A stretch of 20,276 bases of DNA from Archangiaceae bacterium (GTDB taxonomy: Bacteria; Myxococcota; Myxococcia; Myxococcales; Myxococcaceae), in contig JAYVCD010000131.1 of the NCBI GenBank assembly GCA_043750125.1, forward strand, positions 1 to 20,276, written 5' to 3'. A program made the translations under genes and the position numbers. The notes beneath the pieces were generated by a model. That model did no database searches, was not told the origin of the DNA, and was given only the letters and a program-made list of their open reading frames with translations. Each line of letters opens with the position of its first letter. The first letter of the stretch is position 1. Of the stretch, positions 17,511 to 20,276 are shown piece by piece.

Positions 17511-19203
17511 GGGGCTCCCGGGTGTGGTCCGCCGCGATCGACAGCAATTTTTCAAGGCGCAACGGCTTGCGAAGAACGCCTGAGGCTCCGAGCAGCGAGG
17601 CGTTCGCTTCTGATTTTTCGAGGCACGACATCACGACGATCGGGATGTGGGTCAAGACCGGGTCGGACTTGAGGGTGGCCGAAAATTCCCAGCCGTCCAT
17701 CACCGGCATCATCAAGTCGAGCAGGATCAGCGACGGGGCGGGGCTGTGCTCGAGGTAGTTGAGCGCCTGCCGCCCGTCGGACGCAGTCACCACCGAATAG
17801 CCTTCCGACGAGAGCACTTCGCTCAGTTCCCGGCGCAGCGCGGCGTCGTCATCGACAATCAAGATCCGGCGCGACTGCCGGGCACCGACCAGCGGCAGGG
17901 TGAAAAAGAAGGTGGTCCCACTGCCGGGCCCGACTTTGCTTTCGACCCAGATGTTGCCGCCGTGCGCCTCGACCAGACGGCGGGCGATGAAGAGCCCGAG
18001 CCCGACTCCGGTGCGGCGCTTGTGATGCTCCTGCCAATACTTCTCGAAGATGTTCGCCACGGCCGATTCGGCGATTCCGCAGCCGGTGTCCTTGACCGAA
18101 AATTGAATCTCGGCGTCGACCAGCGTCGCTCCGATGATGATCGACCCACCCTCGGGAGTGAACTTCAGCGCGTTGCCCAACAGGTTGCTGAACACCTGCA
18201 GGACGCGACCGCGGTCGCACTTGACGTGCGCGGCTGACGGGAGCCCCTCGGTCCGAACCGTCAGCACCCGCTTGCCGATCACCGGCTTGATGGTTTCTGC
18301 GACTTCCGCCACCAGGCCGATCACGTCCTGGGCCTGGGGCTCGACGGACAGTCGGCCGGCGTCGATGCTCGCAAAGTCGAGCAGGTCATGAATCATGCGT
18401 TCCATTCGGGCCGCAGATCGATCGATCACTGCCAGGTCGCCCTTGAGCCGCTTTCCCAGCTCGTCGTCGGGCAGCGTCTCGAGCACTTCGGCGCATTGCA
18501 TCCGCACCACGGCCAGAGGGTTTCGCAAGTCATGCGAGACGATTCCCAACAGATCATCGCGGGTGCGCACCGCCTCGCGCGCTTCGAGGAACAGTCGGGC
18601 GTTGTCGACCGCGATCGCGATTCGCTGGGCCAGGTCTTCGGCCAGCTGGAGGTCTTTTTTACTGTAGCGTCGGTCCGACTCAGAGATGACCAGGGTGATG
18701 GTGCCCAGCGTTCGCCCGCGCGCCACCATCGGGACAATCATCGCGGACTTGAAGTTGAGCGCGTTGAGGATCTTCAGGTGCTCCGAGTCGCGGGCGGACA
18801 GCGCCATCATCTCGGGGGTGATCTCTTCGTAGAGCTCGGCCACCCCGGTTCGAAGGACGTGGGGAACTCCGTTCGTGGCTTTGGGGTTGGCGGGGTACTT
18901 CTGTCGAAGTGCAATCGCCAGCTCGCGCTTGGCGGGATCGACGTGGGCGATTTCCACCGCGGTCGTCGTTCCGTGCTGACCGGCCAGCTCGACCGCGCAC
19001 CAGTCGGCCATGCGCGGTACGGCGAGCTGGGTGACTTTCGAGAGCGTCTCTTCGTACTCGAGCGTCGACGCCAACATCGCGCTGGCTTCGAGCAGGAACG
19101 CAGCCCGGTTGTCCGAGAGCGCCTGCTCTTTGGCCAGCGCTCCCGTAAGTCCGTTGGTCACAGATGCAGACACCCCGGTCCCGAAGGCCTGTTTTGAAAG
19201 CAT
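17497..19203 (-). CDS. Hybrid sensor histidine kinase GAF-HisKA-HATPase-REC
   Basis: GAF ('LAVPRMADWCAVEL...SAMIVPM.ARGRTLG...IAVDNARL'), H-box 'VSHDLRNPL', 'NLLGNALKFT', 'DTGCGI', 'GVGLGL' and C-terminal REC ('ILIVDDD', 'LLDLMMP', 'KP'). SD GGGAGA precedes ATG 19203. Confidence 0.93.
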   Translation of the reverse strand: MLSKQAFGTGVSASVTNGLTGALAKEQALSDNRAAFLLEASAMLASTLEYEETLSKVTQLAVPRMADWCAVELAGQHGTTTAVEIAHVDPAKRELAIALRQKYPANPKATNGVPHVLRTGVAELYEEITPEMMALSARDSEHLKILNALNFKSAMIVPMVARGRTLGTITLVISESDRRYSKKDLQLAEDLAQRIAIAVDNARLFLEAREAVRTRDDLLGIVSHDLRNPLAVVRMQCAEVLETLPDDELGKRLKGDLAVIDRSAARMERMIHDLLDFASIDAGRLSVEPQAQDVIGLVAEVAETIKPVIGKRVLTVRTEGLPSAAHVKCDRGRVLQVFSNLLGNALKFTPEGGSIIIGATLVDAEIQFSVKDTGCGIAESAVANIFEKYWQEHHKRRTGVGLGLFIARRLVEAHGGNIWVESKVGPGSGTTFFFTLPLVGARQSRRILIVDDDAALRRELSEVLSSEGYSVVTASDGRQALNYLEHSPAPSLILLDLMMPVMDGWEFSATLKSDPVLTHIPIVVMSCLEKSEANASLLGASGVLRKPLRLEKLLSIAADHTREPRAQE

Positions 19204-19262
19204 ATGTTGTCTCCCGAGACCGGCCGTCGCGTGCGTCGCAACACAAGCAAACCCAGTCGGCT

Positions 19263-19278
19263 AGCAGAGGATGTGCCA
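19263..19278 (-). promoter_or_regulatory. sigma54 (RpoN) -24/-12 promoter of the three-kinase operon
   Basis: Minus strand reads TGGCACA-TCCT-CTGCT with exact GG-N10-GC spacing, about 60 bp upstream of ATG 19203. Confidence 0.78.
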
Positions 19279-19317
19279 TTGCCCGTCAGGCAAGCCACCC
19301 GCACCCGCCTGGGAGTT

Positions 19318-19355
19318 GTTGAGACCATTTTCCCCGGTTGAGACATTTCGCCCCA
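19318..19355 (-). promoter_or_regulatory. Putative tandem upstream activator sequence
   Basis: Direct repeat GTTGAGAC at 19318 and 19337. The minus strand reads TGGGGC-GAAAT-GTCTCA-AC-CGGGGA-AAATG-GTCTCA, 40-80 bp upstream of the -24 element. Confidence 0.55.
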
Positions 19356-19440
19356 AGGGCCGTCTTCGTGTGAAGAACAACAGCCGGGATGTAAGGCGAA
19401 ATCCCGAATTGTCGCAGGACAGGAGACGAAAACGAGCGGG

Positions 19441-20276
19441 TTAGACCACCGGCTGTGAAGGGGTCGAATCGATGAAGTTTGAAGTCGAGATCGGCATCCC
19501 CTGGCCCCGTTGACCGATGCGGGTGCGGATGATCGCTCCCAATGAGATGAAGACCGCCATCGCCATCAGCAGCGGCCCAATCACGGGGATTCGGGTGACC
19601 AACAGCATCGCCAGCAGGCCAACGGCCAGTGCAATGGCCTGAGTGCGGCGCAGGCGGGGGACAGGAACCCGGCTTCCCAGCACATTGGCGACGGCTACCA
19701 GCCCAACCAGGGTGCACAGACCGGCGATCATCCAGAAAGCCAACGCGACCGGAATTCCAATCAAGGTGATGCACAAAAAGATGGTCAGAGGCAGCGAGCA
19801 GAGCAGGGCCAGGAGCCCCGCGACGCCGTTCTTCGCGGGCGCCTGCTGCATCTCGGCCTCGATGGTCTTCATTCGCTGGGGCGCAAACATCATCAACAGG
19901 AAACCCAGCCCGAAGAGCATCGCGAATTCAGCAAAGAAGCGGGCCAGGGCCGAGCCACCGCCGCCCCCTTTACTGTCACTGAACCCATGGTGTGGCTTCG
20001 AGGCCGCAATCGCCTTGCTCGCCATCACCGCGCCCAACCCGGCGCCGCCGAACGAAACCTCTTCACCTTTCACCTTCGCCCCTTCGGATTTGATGACCTT
20101 CCCACCGAAAGAAACCGCATCACCGTCGACCCGGGCATTTTCTTCGAGGACCACGTCACCGCCGAACGACACCACGTCTCCATCGACCCGCGCGTTCTTC
20201 TCGACCGTCACCGGCCCGCCGTAGCTGATTGCGCTGTCGACCCGGGTGTCTTCCTTGACCACCACCGGGCCGTTCA
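19441..20276 (-). CDS. Membrane protein with polymer-forming-cytoskeletal (bactofilin-like) beta-helix repeats; 5' end beyond window
   Basis: About 19-aa repeats 'ARVDGDVVSFGGDVVLEEN / ARVDGDAVSFGGKVIKSEG / AKVKGEEVSFGG', followed by about 5 hydrophobic segments including 'ITLIGIPVA'. The frame is open to the window end. Confidence 0.7.
   Translation of the reverse strand, partial: NGPVVVKEDTRVDSAISYGGPVTVEKNARVDGDVVSFGGDVVLEENARVDGDAVSFGGKVIKSEGAKVKGEEVSFGGAGLGAVMASKAIAASKPHHGFSDSKGGGGGSALARFFAEFAMLFGLGFLLMMFAPQRMKTIEAEMQQAPAKNGVAGLLALLCSLPLTIFLCITLIGIPVALAFWMIAGLCTLVGLVAVANVLGSRVPVPRLRRTQAIALAVGLLAMLLVTRIPVIGPLLMAMAVFISLGAIIRTRIGQRGQGMPISTSNFIDSTPSQPVV

Noticed and set aside
17511-17555. 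ORF-track start of the HAMP kinase at TTG 17555
   Set aside because: It overlaps the upstream gene by 59 nt without an SD. GTG 17510 has GGGAG and only a 14-nt overlap.
19363-19406. Inverted repeats TCTTC-GTGT-GAAGA and CGGGAT-N10-ATCCCG as a terminator for the upstream membrane gene
   Set aside because: The stems are short and there is no U-tract on the minus strand, so support is insufficient.
7494-19440. Signalling block as a mobile element or genomic island
   Set aside because: No integrase, transposase, tRNA or flanking direct repeats were seen, and a compositional shift cannot be established without computation.

Overview
GC-rich bacterial DNA whose gene content looks myxobacterial (inference). 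Left part (1-7.5 kb) holds mixed housekeeping genes: the 3' end of a TonB-dependent receptor, a DUF2062-methyltransferase fusion, a trypsin-like protease with an unassigned C-terminal domain, a YceI protein, a tspO pseudogene (one nonsense codon plus one frameshift), pruA, a Fur-family regulator and a PAP2 phosphatase. Right part (7.7-19.4 kb) is a compact, apparently all-cytoplasmic signalling module. An NtrC-family sigma54 activator on + converges on a translationally coupled three-kinase operon on - (GAF-HK-REC; a ~2020-aa poly-HAMP-GAF-HK-REC with 13 tandem 92-aa repeats; REC-PAS-GAF-HK). Each outer end of the module has a correctly spaced sigma54 -24/-12 promoter preceded by a similar tandem TGAGAC-N5-GTCTCA-like motif, which suggests one autoregulated circuit. 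The window ends in a partial membrane protein with beta-helix-like repeats. No RNA genes, CRISPR arrays or mobile elements were seen.
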